Assembly (NCBI GenBank): GCA_024137785.1
Contig: JAHRHZ010000166.1
Coordinates: 761,367 to 825,366 of the forward strand
From: Ginglymostoma cirratum
Taxonomy: Eukaryota
DNA: 64,000 bases
Direction of reading: 5' to 3'
A model generated the notes under the pieces. The model searched no databases and had not been told where the DNA came from. It worked only from the letters and a program-made list of their open reading frames with translations. Each line of letters begins with the position of its first letter. Position 1 is the stretch's first letter. This document shows positions 13,555 through 26,607 of the stretch, one piece after another. The position numbers were made by a program, and so were the translations under genes.

Positions 13555-13585
13555 CTCTCGTAAACGAGACACTTTTGCTGTTTTG
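13555..13585 (-). pseudogene. Copy A C1 exon 3' end (G strand)
   Basis: QNSKSVSFTR G|gtattt immediately beyond the CR1 5' junction. Confidence 0.65.
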
Positions 13586-15880
13586 CTGGGTAATGAACCA
13601 GGCGAGGTGTTAGATTTGGAGGTAGGTGAGCACTTCGGTGATAGTGACCACAATTCGGTTAAGTTTACTTTAGCGATGGAAATGGATAGGTATATATTGC
13701 ATGGCAAGAGTTATATCTGGGGGAAAGGCAATTATGAGGCGATTAGGCAAGACTTAGGATGCATAGGATGGGGAAGGAAACTGCAGGGGCTGGGCACAAT
13801 TGGAATGTGGAGCTTGTTCAAGGAACAGCTAATGCGTGTCCTTGATAAGTATGTACCTGTCAGGCAGGGAGGAAGCAGTAGAGCGAGGGAACAGTGGTTT
13901 ACAAAAGAAGTTGAATCTCTTGTCAAGAGGGAGAAGGAGGCTTATGTAAAGATGAGGCGTGAAGGCTCAGTTAGGGCGCTTGAGAGTTACAAGTTAGCCA
14001 GGAAGGACCTAAAGAGAGCGAGGAAGAGCCAGGAGGTGACACGAGAAGTCTTTGGCAGGTAGGATCAAGGAAAACCCTAAAGCTTTCTATAGGTATGTCA
14101 GAAACAAAAGAATGACTAGAGTAAGATTATGGCCAGTCAAGGACAGTAGTGGGAAGTTGTGCGTAGAGTCTGAAGAGATAGGAGAGGTGCTAAATGAGTA
14201 TTTTTCATCAGTATTCAGTCATGAAAAAGACAATGTTGTCGAGGAGAATACTGATATACAGGCTATTAGACTGGATGGGATTGAGACTCATAAGGAGAAG
14301 GTGTTAGCAATTCTGGAAAGTTTGAGAATAGATAAGACCCCTGGGCCGGATGGGATTTATCCTAGGATTCTCTGGGAAGCTATGGAGGAAATTGCAGAGC
14401 CTTTGGCTTTGATCTTACGTCATCATTGTCTACAGCAATAGTGCCAGAAGACTGGAGGATAGCAAATGTCGCCCCCTTGTTCAAGGAGGGGAGTAGAGAC
14501 ACCCCTGGTAATTGTAGAACAGTGAGCCTTACTTCCGTTGTGGGTAAAGTGTTGGAAAGGATTATAAGAGATAGGATTTATAATCGCCTAGAAAGTAATA
14601 ATTTGATTAGGGATAGTCAACACGGCTTTGTGAAGGATGGGTCGTGCCTCACAAACCTTATTGAGTTATTTGAGAAGGTGACTAAACAGGCAAATATGAG
14701 GGTAAAGCTGTTGATGTGATGTATATGGATTTCAGTAAAACGTTTGGTAAGGTTCCCCACAGTAGGCTGTTGCAGAAAATTCGGAGGAATGGGATTGAGG
14801 TTGATTTTGCAGTTTAGATCAAAAATTGGTCAGCTGTAAAAAGACAGAAGATGGTGGTTGATGGGAAATGTTCATCCTGGAGTTCAGTGACTAGTCGTGT
14901 ACTGCAAGGATCTGTTTTGGAGCCACTGCTGCTTGTCATTTTTATAAATGACCTGGATAAGGGAGTCGAAGGATGGGTTAGTAAATTTGCGGATGACACT
15001 AAAGCCGGTGGAGTTGTGAATAGTGCAGAAGGATGTTGCAGGTTACAGAGGGACATAGATAAGCTGCAGAGCTGGGCTGAGAGGTGGCAAATGGAGTTTA
15101 ATGCGGAAAAGTGTGAGGTGATTCACTTTGGAAGGAGTAACAGGAATACAGAGTATTGGGCTAATGGCAAGATTCTTGGGAGTGTGGATGAGCAGAGAGA
15201 TCTCGGTATCCATGTGCATAGATCCCTTAAAGTTGCCACCCAACTTGATAGGGTTGTTAAGAAGGTGTATGGTGTGTTAGGTTTTATTGGTAGAGGGATA
15301 GAGTTTGGGAGCCGTGAGGTCATGTTGCAGCTGTACAAAACTCTGGTGTGGCCGCACTTGGAGTATTGCGTACAGTTCTGGTCACCGCATTATAAGAAGG
15401 AGGTGGAAATATTGGAAAGGGTGGAAAGGAGATTTACCAGGATGTTGCCCGGTATGGAGGGAAGGTCTTGTGATAAAAGGCTGAGGGACTTGAGGCTGTT
15501 TACATTGCAGAGAAGAAGGTTAAGAGGTGACGTAATAGATACATACAAGATGATCAGAGGATTGGACAGGGTCGACTGTGAGAGGCTTTTTCATCGGATG
15601 GTGACGGCTAGCTCGAGGGGACATAGCTTTAAATTGAGGTATGATAGATATAGGACAGATATCAGAGGTAGATTCTTTACTCAGAATAGTAAGAGCATGG
15701 AATGCCTTGCCTGCAGCAGTTGTAGACTCGCCAACTTTAAGGGCATTTAAATGGTCGTTAGATAAACATATGGATGATAATGGAATAGTGGTGGTTCGAT
15801 GGGCTTCACATTGGTTTCACAGGTCGGCGCAACATCGAGGGCCGAAGGGACTGTAGTGCGCTGTAATGTTCTATGTTCTA
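13586..15880 (+). mobile_element. 5'-truncated CR1 LINE (ORF2 endonuclease end plus RT)
   Basis: HFGDSDHN, LQGSVLEP, KFADDTK, PHLEYCVQFWSP; 3' tail aatgttctatgttct. Confidence 0.95.
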
Positions 15881-16155
15881 AGAATTGCAGTTGAGTTGAT
15901 TTTGAAGCAAACAAATGTAGGAGTACCCATAAGTTGAAGCATTCGCAGGGACTCTGATGTAACTTCTCGTATTGTCCGCCTCGGATGAGACTATTGTCTC
16001 AGAATCCGTCCAATTCCCAGTATCCCAAGTGGAAATATACCAGCGAATGTGAAAAACTTCGGCCACAAAGTTATTCAGCAAACTCACCAATGCAACAGTT
16101 CTCATGGAAATCACTCCATTCAGCGGTGAAGTCAACAGAAGTATGTCAGGATGAC
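15881..16155 (-). pseudogene. Copy A C1-set exon, 5' part
   Basis: GHPDILLLTSP..TVALVSLLNNFVAEVFHIRW..RSYIRVPANASTYGYSYICLLQ; first Cys TGT>AGT; ends at the CR1 3' tail. Confidence 0.8.
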
Positions 16156-16245
16156 CTTATGAAGTTGGGAGGTAAATTGAAATTACTGTTCAATTGCCAT
16201 CCTGGTTATTCATAGTGAGGAAGCTAAAGCAGCGTTAATTCTTAC

Positions 16246-16585
16246 CTGTTACGAGCAGTTTCGAATCATTTCCAAAAAGAAAGGGCATTCTGCTCATTGG
16301 CCTAGCTGCACAGTTTTACAAACCAGAATCATTTCTTTGCACATTTTGAATTACAAGCGTATAAATAATTGATTCATTGTTAAACTCCACAGAAAATCTT
16401 TCATTTGGCCGGAAGCATTTTTTTCACGACGTAAAGATGTTGCAGATGTTCTTGCCCCTGCTGTTTACACAAGTAAACAGCTGCCCTTGCCAAACAACTC
16501 GTGTGGCAATGCAGTTTGACAGTGCTTCCTGCGGAGACATTCTGAACTGGCGGAGGCTGCAAGAACAATGCTTCTGACACAGTAA
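16246..16585 (-). pseudogene. Copy A VJ exon (340 nt, disabled)
   Basis: LQPPPVQNVSAGSTVKLHCHT..VYLCKQQ / frameshift / ERFSVEFNNESIIYTLVIQNVQRNDSGL*NCAARPMSRMPFLFGNDSKLLVT; tttcccag| acceptor and |gtaag donor. Confidence 0.9.
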
Positions 16586-16722
16586 CTGGGAAAGCAGAAG
16601 ATAGCACAAATGTCGTTATGGTGAAGAACAAACTAAATTTTGTTCTATGAATAAAACATCTAGTATGAAGGAAAGAAAGAACTTTGTTGTCATTAATGAT
16701 CGATGAGACCATGTTGCGATTC

Positions 16723-16757
16723 GAAGGAAGGAAGGAAGGAAGGAAGGAAGGAAGAAG
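16723..16757. repeat. (GAAG)n microsatellite
   Basis: Direct inspection; lies in copy A intron 1. Confidence 0.9.
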
Positions 16758-16911
16758 AAATTTCATCCGTTTAGAACAATTTTGGAAAAGAAATTCTTCA
16801 TGATAACATGATCTTCTTGAAGACAACCACTTAATTTTCAGTCTGTCTAATTGCTGTTTGATCTTAACTTGTATTTATCCCGCAGGTTGGAAATGAAAAA
16901 AAAAGTCTATC

Positions 16912-16954
16912 CCAAGAAAATATGGAACAGCGTGCAAAGAATGAAGAAGTTCAT
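16912..16954 (-). pseudogene. Copy A leader exon
   Basis: caggcaATG AAC TTC TTC ATT CTT TGC ACG CTG TTC (MNFFILCTLFHIFL); donor gataga versus gttaga in copy C. Confidence 0.8.
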
Positions 16955-18239
16955 TGCCTGGCCCCTTTTCTTAGAGTAGTCTTCGATTTGATGAATTGCG
17001 CTTTATGTTGTAATTGATGAGAGGTCAGTTAAGATTCAACCACATCGCTGAGACACGTGTAAACCAGACCATGCATTGAAAATACTTTCTTTCCATAAAG
17101 GATATTCTTGAACCAGGTGCGTCTTTATTGAAATTCGCAATAACTACACAAACATCAGTAAAATCTTAATGCGTTTTTTAAAAAAATTGAATTCTAATTC
17201 CACCATCTGCCATGGTGGAATTTAGATTCAGGTCTCCAAAACGTTACCCGGTTCTCTGGATGAGTAAACTAGCGATAATATCACGAGGTGTTCTTCTTCA
17301 ACTGAAAACAGTCATTTATAAGAAGGCACAAATAAAGCTACATCAGAATATAAAATCTATCGATCTTAGTTCAGGACAATTTTCACTGAATATACGTACA
17401 CTGCTTATTTTTCTTAAATTTCAGACCTGCTCTTGCTACTCATTGGCTGTCAATTATCCCGTAGTGAACAATGCTCGTATTTCTCAGGCAAAAATCACAG
17501 GACAAAATGCCTCTTCTGAATTTGCCGTGTTCAATTTCGATCACAGGGTGTGAAAATGGACCAAGGTAGAGTTGAATGGTAGTTTTCTCCTAATCCTACC
17601 AAGTGTTATCGAAATTAAAAATGACATGATATAAATGCAGAAACATTGAGCGATCTGAGATAGAAATGACATGAGGCACATCTGGAGCTTGTGAAACATA
17701 TACCTGGGCCTCTTCACTCACAGATAAGGACAGAAGCTTTGCACCACAAGAACCATCAGAGCAATATACAAGTTAGTTATGGAAAATCATCCCACATATT
17801 ATTTATCTACACTAAATTGCGTTGATGTAGTAGCACGCAAATTTACAATATTCTTTCTCATCATACAGTCGTTCAAATGAACTGACCAAAAGTAATAAAA
17901 CAAAAACCGGATTCCAAAACTATTTGAACTGATATGATACTTTAAAGGAGATTACGTATTTTGTTGTTTTCCCAATTGTTTTTCTTTCTCTTTCAGTTCC
18001 ATCTCCACCTATCCTATACTTGTCCCCATCCCATTCCCCATCTTCAGCAGATATACCGACTTTTTCCTAACAACATACAATTCTAAAGAAGGAAAACTGA
18101 GCCTGAAACATTACCTGTCCTTTTTCTCAACTGATTCTGCCAGACGTGCTGAATTTCTGTTTTTCCTTTCCGATTTACAGCATCTGGAGTGCTTTGTTTT
18201 TATTTAGTTTGCGTTTAACTCGTTGACATATCTCTTCCA

Positions 18240-19580
18240 TGACACCCATGAAGTAATAGCTCTGGTCCTCTCTCTGACAGAATTTCAGTTCTAATGTTTA
18301 TTTTTTCTTGTTTAGCATCGTTACTTTCGTCGTTGTCATGATTTTTGACAAGGTGTTTGCCAAAAATCACTTCTGTGGGCACATCATATTCGCCAGTGAC
18401 TGCCACCTGCTCAGCCTCACCCCATGAAGATCCAAACTCAAGTTTCATTCTTTGTTTTTTGAATCCATCCAATGTCGTGATGTACAATGGTTGTCAACTA
18501 GCTGCTCAAACCGCATCCTGAGATCCACACTCAGTGCCATGTATCGCAATATATACACTCTTTACAATTCTCTCCATCAGCACCGCTTCACACGGGCTCA
18601 GAGCTACCTGGCCGTCACCCAATACACCCACACCTCCCCTCCCACAGGTTACACCTCATCCTTTGGTTCATTTGATGTTCCCAGAAGAAACCTTTTATTT
18701 TTCTTTCAGGCATTAAGAAACACAAGATGCAATAATTTCGAGAAACCCACACCCTTCTGGAACCATTCTCGTTTATCCTTCACTGTGACTACATTCCCTC
18801 TAATAGTCCCAATTCTTGCCCTGTATTTACTGTCCCTTCTTAACTTCCACTCTCTGATGCTGACGTCCTATGCTCAGCACTTAGTTTTATCACATTGTGC
18901 CCCACCATAATGTATTTTGGCACAACAGAACATTGAAGTCTTCTTCAATTGTCTTCGCCCCCATAGACATTTATTTGGGCAAGAGTCATCTCTCTGTCCC
19001 ACAGCCCCCTTCACCAAAATCTAACAATCTCTCTCCAATGGGACCCGTCCCTCTGGCCTTCCACCTGTACTCAAACTGTTCATAAAGAACTTAGATGCGA
19101 CACTGGTCTCCTCAATTATTCTGTCTGCTCACCCAGTTCCAACTGATTTTCCTTTAAATTGTGTGACAATGCTGACACTTTTAAAAAGTTATTTTGACCT
19201 GAATGTTTTGAAGAAAGGTCGAAAAGGAACAGGTGTGGTCGTACGGAGGTTCTCCCAGCTCATCTGTCCTAATAGATCTGTTTCAATGATGACAACTTTG
19301 ACAAAATGAGCTCAGTAATGTCTGCCGTTTTCCTTAACTGAAAGTTCCCCACCACCATAGTTGCTAGGGCCCTCAGCCTTGTCCGATCTATCCCTTACAC
19401 TTTAGTACTCACTTTCTCTTTTTCCTCCCACAACAGTGATAGGGAATCCTAGTCCTTATTTATCATCTCACCAGCATCCACGTCAAAAGGAACGTTAGAC
19501 GATCTGCCATCCCCAGTCGGATTCCAACACCATACACATATTTCCCTTGATTGTCAGCTTTCTGCAGGGATTTTTCCCTC
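18240..19580 (+). mobile_element. Degenerate Penelope-like element fragments
   Basis: C-rich decayed RT and linker sequence (DR.LVL.YH.TS-like near 19440). Confidence 0.45.
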
Positions 19581-20297
19581 TATAAATTACATACCACCAT
19601 TGATATCTCCAAAACAGTTGTTCAAAAATTTACAGAAGCAAGTATAGAATAATTGAATCACAGAACTTTAACACACATGTTCTTAACGTCATTACTTTCA
19701 AATACGTATACAGATTTTTGTTGAAACCTCCTATGGAATCTGCATCTGCCTCTCTCCCAGGAAACACATTTCAAATCTTAACACCTCTCTAAGTAAAGAA
19801 GTTCCTCTTCATCTCATCTCCTAGACCTCTTGTTGACATCTTGAAAGTGTGAACTCAGTAACTAACATTTCAATTCGTGAAAGCAGAATATGCTGAATAG
19901 AATAGAGTACAACACATACAGTGGAAGCACAGTATGCGTTATAGAATCATAGAAACATGTAGCACAGAAACAGAACTTTTGGTCTGAAGAGTCTATGCCG
20001 ACACTTATCCCAACTTATTTTATTCCCACGTGCCTGTGCTTGGGCTTTATACTTCCTATTTGTGGACTTACTTAAATATGTTTTAAATACTATAATTGTA
20101 CCCACATTCACCACTTTTTCTGGAGGTTCTTCACACCCATAAACCACTGTCTGTGTCAAAAAATGCCCATCAGGTCATTTTAAAATCTTTCTCCTCTTGC
20201 CTTAAAATATGCCAAATCTTGAAATGCCCGCACCCTAGGAAAAAGACACCTGCCATTGATCTTATCTATGCCACTCATTAATTTATAAACATCTATA

Positions 20298-20630
20298 TGG
20301 CACGAGGCAGCACCGTGGCTCAGTGGATAGCCTTGTTGCCTCACGGTACCAGGGAGCTGCGTTCGATTCCACCCTCGGGCAACTGTCTCTGTGGAGTTTG
20401 CACATTCACTCCATATCTACGTAGGCTTCCTCCAGGTGTTCTGCTTTCTTCCCACAGTCCAAATATGTGCAGGCTAGGTGGGTTGGCTGTGCCAAATTGC
20501 CTCCAGTGTTCAGGGATTCAGTAGATTAGGTGGGTTATAGGGGGATGAGTCTGGGTGGGCTGCTTTGGGGTTCGGTGTGGACTTGTTGGGCTGAAGGGCC
20601 TGTTTCCACACTGTAGGGATTCTATGATCT
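20298..20630 (+). mobile_element. HE1-type SINE
   Basis: tRNA-like head; tail ccacactgtagggattctatg. Confidence 0.85.
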
Positions 20631-22599
20631 ATGATTACCTCAACCTCATACGTCACTGTGAAAGAAGTCCCAGTATTTCCAGCCTCTCCTTATGACTGAA
20701 ATCCTTCATTCCCGGCAAACCACTTCTGAACTCTTTCCAGCTTAATAAAATCCTTCCTATAACAGGGACAACAACTGGCCAAAATACTCCAGAAGCCGCC
20801 TCATCATCTTCGTGTCCAACCTCAATATTATGTGCCTACTCCTATGCTGAAAGGTCTGGGCAAATAAGGGAAGCATGCCAAACGTCTTCTTTCCATTCTA
20901 TTAGTATGCGATGCAGACTTCAAAGATTTGCGTACTACAGGGCATAGATCTCTTCTTATCCACAGCACTGCCCAAGGACCTATTTTAATCAAATGAGAAT
21001 CAGATAAATAGTATCCCAGTGTGGTTTCAAGCATTACCAAATTTTACTTGTTTGATCTTTCTTACAAAAATGTACATAAAGTTTTCTGAAATGTAACTTG
21101 CTAGCTTATTCTCCTTTCTTCGTTTAAAATTATTCCAAAGCAAAATTGATGACAACAGGCTTGAGGGTTTCTTTCCTGTACAGAGTCAACAGTGCTGTTC
21201 GGCTAACAGGTTTTCCAGTGGTGGTTAATTAATTTCCCTTTCAGTAATATGTTCCATTTTATTTTGATACAATTTTTTAAAAACCATCTCGGCTGTTTCC
21301 ATTGGCATTTGTTTCAATTTAAATATTTACATTTATTTGCCTTTGAAAATTCAGCTGAATTCTTGTTTCTGTGCTTGAACTGGCAACTTGTATCGATTAA
21401 ATTGTTCAATTCCGTTTTCAGAAAAAATAATGTCCAAGTTCAAAATAATAATAATTCCGTTTGGACGGAGATGAGGAAATTTTTTTTCTGTCTACTCCTT
21501 GAGAATATTTGGAATTCTGTATTTCAGAGGCTATGGTTGCCGTGTCGATGATTGTGTTCCTGACATACATGCCTTGATTATTGTACATGAAGGGAATTGA
21601 GTGAAATCTCCAACAGTGGCGAACAATATAATGGGCCAGGTAAAAGATGGAGACTAAAAACTGAAATAACTGCGGATGCTGTAAATCAGGAACAAAAACA
21701 AAGTTTCTGGAAAAGCTAAGCAGGTCTGGCAGCAGCTGTGAAGGAAAGAAAAAAAGAGAAAAAAAAAGAGAAAAGACCAGAGGAAGGGTTACTGGACCCA
21801 AACTGTTAACTCTGTTTCTTACTAAAAGATGGAGATTGTATGGTTTGTTTGGATGGGTAGAAGATGGTACCTTCTCTAGTAGGCACGTTGGAGGCATCTG
21901 GTCATTTTGAGTTTGCTTTCCTTTGGGGTGGAGTATTTTTGAATTCGGCTGCTGTTAAATGCGATAGGGTTTGTCTGCAAGCCAGGGGATTTGTCAGGAC
22001 AAACTGTGGAGAAAAGTTATGGTCGGTTCACTGTAACAGAAACGGTGTTCAGGCCCAGCAGACACTCACTCGTAGATGGTGGGACAGTAATGGCTCTGAT
22101 TGCAGGAGTTGTTTCTGCCAGGAGGAGAGAGGATGAGGAACCTGTTTCCATGGTTTCGCAGGGAGAAGGAGGAGAGGTCAGCTCAGGTTTTGCAGAGTGT
22201 AAACAATCGAAGGAATGTGTTGTTGACATGCATGAAGCACGCATGTGGTAAGCTTGTTAGTTATTCAGCAGTTAGATTAGGTACATTACATTCTACCTTT
22301 TTTTAAACATTCCTTCAGGAGATGGGGCCATCGCTGGCTAGGCCAATATTTATTTTGCAGCTCTATTTGTCCAGAGGGTAGTTAATCATCAACATATTGC
22401 TGAGTCACATGGAGCCCAGGCCAATCAAGGAGAGCAGCGTCCATCCCTAAAGTATATCAGTGAATCAAATGGGTTTCTCCTGACAGTGTGCAATGTTTCC
22501 ATGGTCATAATTAGACCCTAATTACAGATTTAGGTTTAATTCAAACTTCACTTGTATGGAGGAATATGTACCTAGGAGTGCAGAAGATCTGAGGAATTG

Positions 22600-23970
22600 A
22601 TGGCCCACTGGTATTCCCGCTGGACTATTAATCTAGAAACTCATGCTCTGGAGACATCCGTTTGAATCCAATCATGGCAGATGATGGAATTTGAATTCAA
22701 TAAAAAAAACTTGAATTGAGAATTCACTGATGAGCATAAAACCGCCCATGGTTGGAACATCACATCTGACACCCTAATGCTATTCAGGGAAGGAAACCTA
22801 TTATCCTCACCTGGTCTGGCCTACATTCAACTACAAACACATAACAATGTGAAAGACTCTCAACTTATATCTGAAATCGCCTAGTAAGTCACACAGTATC
22901 AACAATCGCTGCAAAGTCACAGCAAAGGAATGAAACCAGACAGACTACCTGGTATGGACCTCGACAGTGGAAATGACAATGGCAGAAAAATCCTTGTTGA
23001 TGCTGAAAGGTCCTCTTCACTTACATCCTGAGCCAGGTGCCAAAATTGTTACAACTGTACAATAGACTAGACGGGCAACCAACTTACTTAATAATAGCCA
23101 TGGAATCCGTCCTCACAGACAAGAACAGACCCAGCAGAAATGTGGTACAGTGGTAGGCATTCATGTCACAACTGACCTAGGAGTCGTCAACATTGAATTC
23201 AGAACACAAGTCTCATGGTTTCAGGTTAAACGTGGGCAAGAAGCCACCTGGTGGATACCGAGGTCCTTCCTCACTCGGCTGATGAATCTGTGCTCCTTCA
23301 CATTACACAACACTTCGAGGTAGTCCTGTGAGTAGCAAGGATGTAAAGTGAACTGTGGGTGGGAGAGTTCAAAGTACAGCACCAAAAGTGGCTAGGCATC
23401 TGCACTACTGATCTACCTTAGAAGAGTTAGCTAAAAGGTCATAGCTGCAAGACTGGGTTTGAGACAGGAGGTGAGGAAAGCAACAGAAGGGATGCCATTC
23501 TCAATCTCGTCTTTACCAATCTGCCGGCTGTAATTGCATTTGTCCATGACAGTATCGGTAAGAGCGACCACGGCACAGTCCATCTGGAATACCCACTATC
23601 ATACTGCATGGTACTATCGCTGTACTAAATGGGACAGACTTTGAAGACGAAACTGCTTCAATGGAGAGTGCAGGAACTCATGCCAGCAGCAGCAGGCATA
23701 CCTGAAGATGCGGTGTCAACTTGCTGAAGCCTCCAAACAGGACTACGCATGTGAAACAGCATAAGCAGCAAGTGACAGGCAGACCTAAACGATTCCACAA
23801 CCAATGGGTCAGGTCTAAGTTCTGCAGTCCTGTCACATCCAGTCGTGAGTGGTAGTAGACAATGAAACTAGTCACTGTCGGAGGATGCTCCATAAAAAAA
23901 CACGTGCCCAATGATGCAATCGCTCAGCACGTCAGTGCAAATGATAAGACTGACACTTTCACAGCAATCT
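22600..23970 (+). mobile_element. SINE-like head followed by degenerate LINE endonuclease region
   Basis: Head similar to 8290-8640; IGKSDHGTV near 23550. Confidence 0.55.
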
Positions 23971-24605
23971 TATCTACATTTTCTTTTAAAACTTCAATAA
24001 CACATTTGCCTTCCAATTCATGGATACATTACACCACTTTGTAACACTAAGTTATGATGATATTTATTTTGAGGGAAGCACTATAAAAAATTTCATAACA
24101 ATCATAGTACAGTCGGCAAAATGCATTAGCTGAATTCTGAGAAACCTGCCTCAGAAATCAGAACGTTCTGGTTCATAGACTATGTACAGGGATTTGTGCA
24201 GACAATAGATGGTACAAGAAATAAAATAGCGATAATGTGAAAGTTGGAAATATCTTCGCTGCTTGAATTTATTCTGGGAATCACTCTTATTTGAAAGTTA
24301 GAAACAATTTCTACAATTTACAGATTTTCATTTGCATAAATTGGTGAAAGTGGAAAATTTACAATATTATTTACCAGTGTGAAATAACATTACCAAAAGT
24401 AGGTTGTGAGGAAAGACCAACAGTCTCATTTTTATCAACTCTCATGATTAAACGTTGTAATATTGTTTAACTTGCTCTAAAGAACTGTTTCCATTTTAAA
24501 TGTTGCCTCGCAATGAGGGCAAGTCTGGGCAAGATGCTCTTTTGCGGTTTTGTTTGACCCAACGGGCAAAGTGACCATGCTTCCACACTATAACGACTAA
24601 AAATA

Positions 24606-24955
24606 GTGGCACGGTCGTTCAGAAGTCAGGATTGCTAACTCACAGCGCTGGGGACCCGGGTTCAATTGCACCATCGGGCAACTGCCTGTCTGTACTTTGC
24701 GTGTTCTCCCTGTGTGTGCCTGGGTTTCCTTTTGGTGCTCTTGTTTTTTTCACCACAGTGCACAGATGTGCAGGTTAGGTGGTTTGGCCATGCTAAATGG
24801 CCCATAGTGTTCAGGGACGTATAGGTTAGGTGTGTTGATCATAGCAAATGTACAGTTACAGGAAATGGGTAGGGAGACCATTTTGGGTGGGATGGACTTG
24901 AAGGCCAGTGTGAACTTAGTAGGCTGAATGGACTATTTCCACGCTGGAGGGAATA
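24606..24955 (+). mobile_element. HE1-type SINE
   Basis: Similarity to 20298-20630. Confidence 0.75.
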
Positions 24956-25197
24956 TGTGCACCAGTTTTCATTCTGAAGCATCAATGAAAATGGGAAACA
25001 TGCTGCATGATTTCCTACTTTCCTGCAGTGAATTTACTTTTAAAATCGTGTCGCTGTTTTTTTAAGCACTTCGGGATACCTGAATATTGTGATAGTGTGA
25101 TACAAATGTAGTTCGCTCTATAATCACATAATTTGATATTTTTGTGTTTCAATTGTCGTCATTATTAATCAATCATTTAGTCATTCACTCTGGAGCC

Positions 25198-25377
25198 TTA
25201 AGGATTATGTATGGTGGAATATAGCATTCGAATTGAACAATTGAACTGGACCACTTTATCTTTCGTTCGATCACTACTACAGCACTGTTGCAACATTATG
25301 CGCGATCTACAATGCGCACTGTCGTAATTTACGTTGGTCCGTTCGTCTGTACCTTCCAAATCTGTAACATCTACCAT
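25198..25377 (-). other. Candidate terminal cytoplasmic exon with two ITIM/ITSM-like tyrosines
   Basis: ctaactttgttctttcag|MVDVTDLEGTDERTNVNYDSAH...RMLYSTIHNP*; 60 codons open. Confidence 0.5.
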
Positions 25378-26448
25378 CTGAAAGAACAAAGTTAGCAAAT
25401 ACTTGAGCACATAAGCACTCACTGGTTCCTTATCAAGTTGAAAACCATCCTGGCTTGAAACATGATAGACATTTACTGTCATAAGAGATAACAAGGCGCA
25501 GGGCTGGATGAACACAGCAGGCCAAGCAGCATCAGAGGAGCAAGAAAGCTGACGTTTCGGACCTAGACCCCTCTTCAGTTTCTACTCTCTGACAATTACT
25601 GTCGTTGTGTTTGTATACTCGAACTCTGTCTGGTGGCACTGTCTATTGAGACAGACGAACTGCACGCCCCTCTCCCCGCCATAGACTGTACAGGTTAAAA
25701 ATTGCAACTCGTCCCCCTTCTAAAGGGCAATTAGGATGGATAATAAATGCCGTTTTTGACACTTTCCACATTCAATATGAGACTAAGAACTGCTGATGCT
25801 GGAGTCAGAGATAACAGTGTGGATCTGGAGGAACACAGCAGAGGGGGCAGCATCAGAGGAGCAGGAAAGTTGATGTTTCTGGTCGGGACCCGTCTTCAGA
25901 AAAAAACAAATTGTGAAGAAGAGTCCTGATCCGAAAAGTCAACTTTCCTGCTCTTCTGATGCTGCCTGGCCTGCTGATTTCCTCCACCTCCACACCGTGT
26001 TCAATCAGGTCTGTTCTTGAGGCCCTAGGGTTTCACTGTACTTGATCCATCAGTAAAAAGAGAACAGCTCACCAGACAAATTCATGACTATGATTTGAGT
26101 CGTTGAAAATACCTCAGTTAGTTCATGATTTAATCTGGCAAATTTGAAACGATAGAACACCATTTCTACAAGAATCCACCCTTCTCTTTTGCATCAGCAT
26201 TACATTCCATGTTATCTTTATTGGGACATTAGCACATCTATTTAAAACCACCAGAGTTAACAGTGTGTAGGTGGAAGAACACAGCAGGTCAGGGAGAATC
26301 AGAGGAGCAGGACAGCTGAAGTTTGTGTTTGGGACCCCGAAATACCAGCTTTCCTGCTGCCTGACCGCCTGTGTTCCTTCAGCTCCACACTGTCTTACCT
26401 CTGACTCCAGCATTGGTAGTTCTTACTATCTTTATTAAAACCACTAAC

Positions 26449-26529
26449 AGTCTTTGTTTCAAAAATCTGTCCTTCTTGAAACTGTTCATTCATTGATGCT
26501 TTCTTTACGATATGATAATCCTCATGAAG
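26449..26529 (-). other. Candidate cytoplasmic exon, phase 0-0
   Basis: tttaccacttcag|LHEDYHIVKKASMNEQFQEGQIFETKT|gttagt, 81 nt, joins 25377 in frame. Confidence 0.4.
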
Positions 26530-26607
26530 CTGAAGTGGTAAATACAAACACAAAACTCCACAACTCTTGCTCCTTTTCATTTGATCCTCCAGGTCTGAAT
26601 GCCATGT

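Larger units (their letters stand above)
8096..16954 (-). pseudogene. Copy A: VJ-C1-TM-CYT IgSF receptor pseudogene
   Basis: Leader 16954-16912 (donor GT>GA); VJ 16585-16246 (frameshift, TAA, W>L); C1 16155-15881 plus about 13585-13555, split by CR1; TM about 11989-11888; CYT1 11761-11727 (AG>AA, GT>GC); CYT2 8140-8096 (Y>N). Collinear with copy C. Confidence 0.85.
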
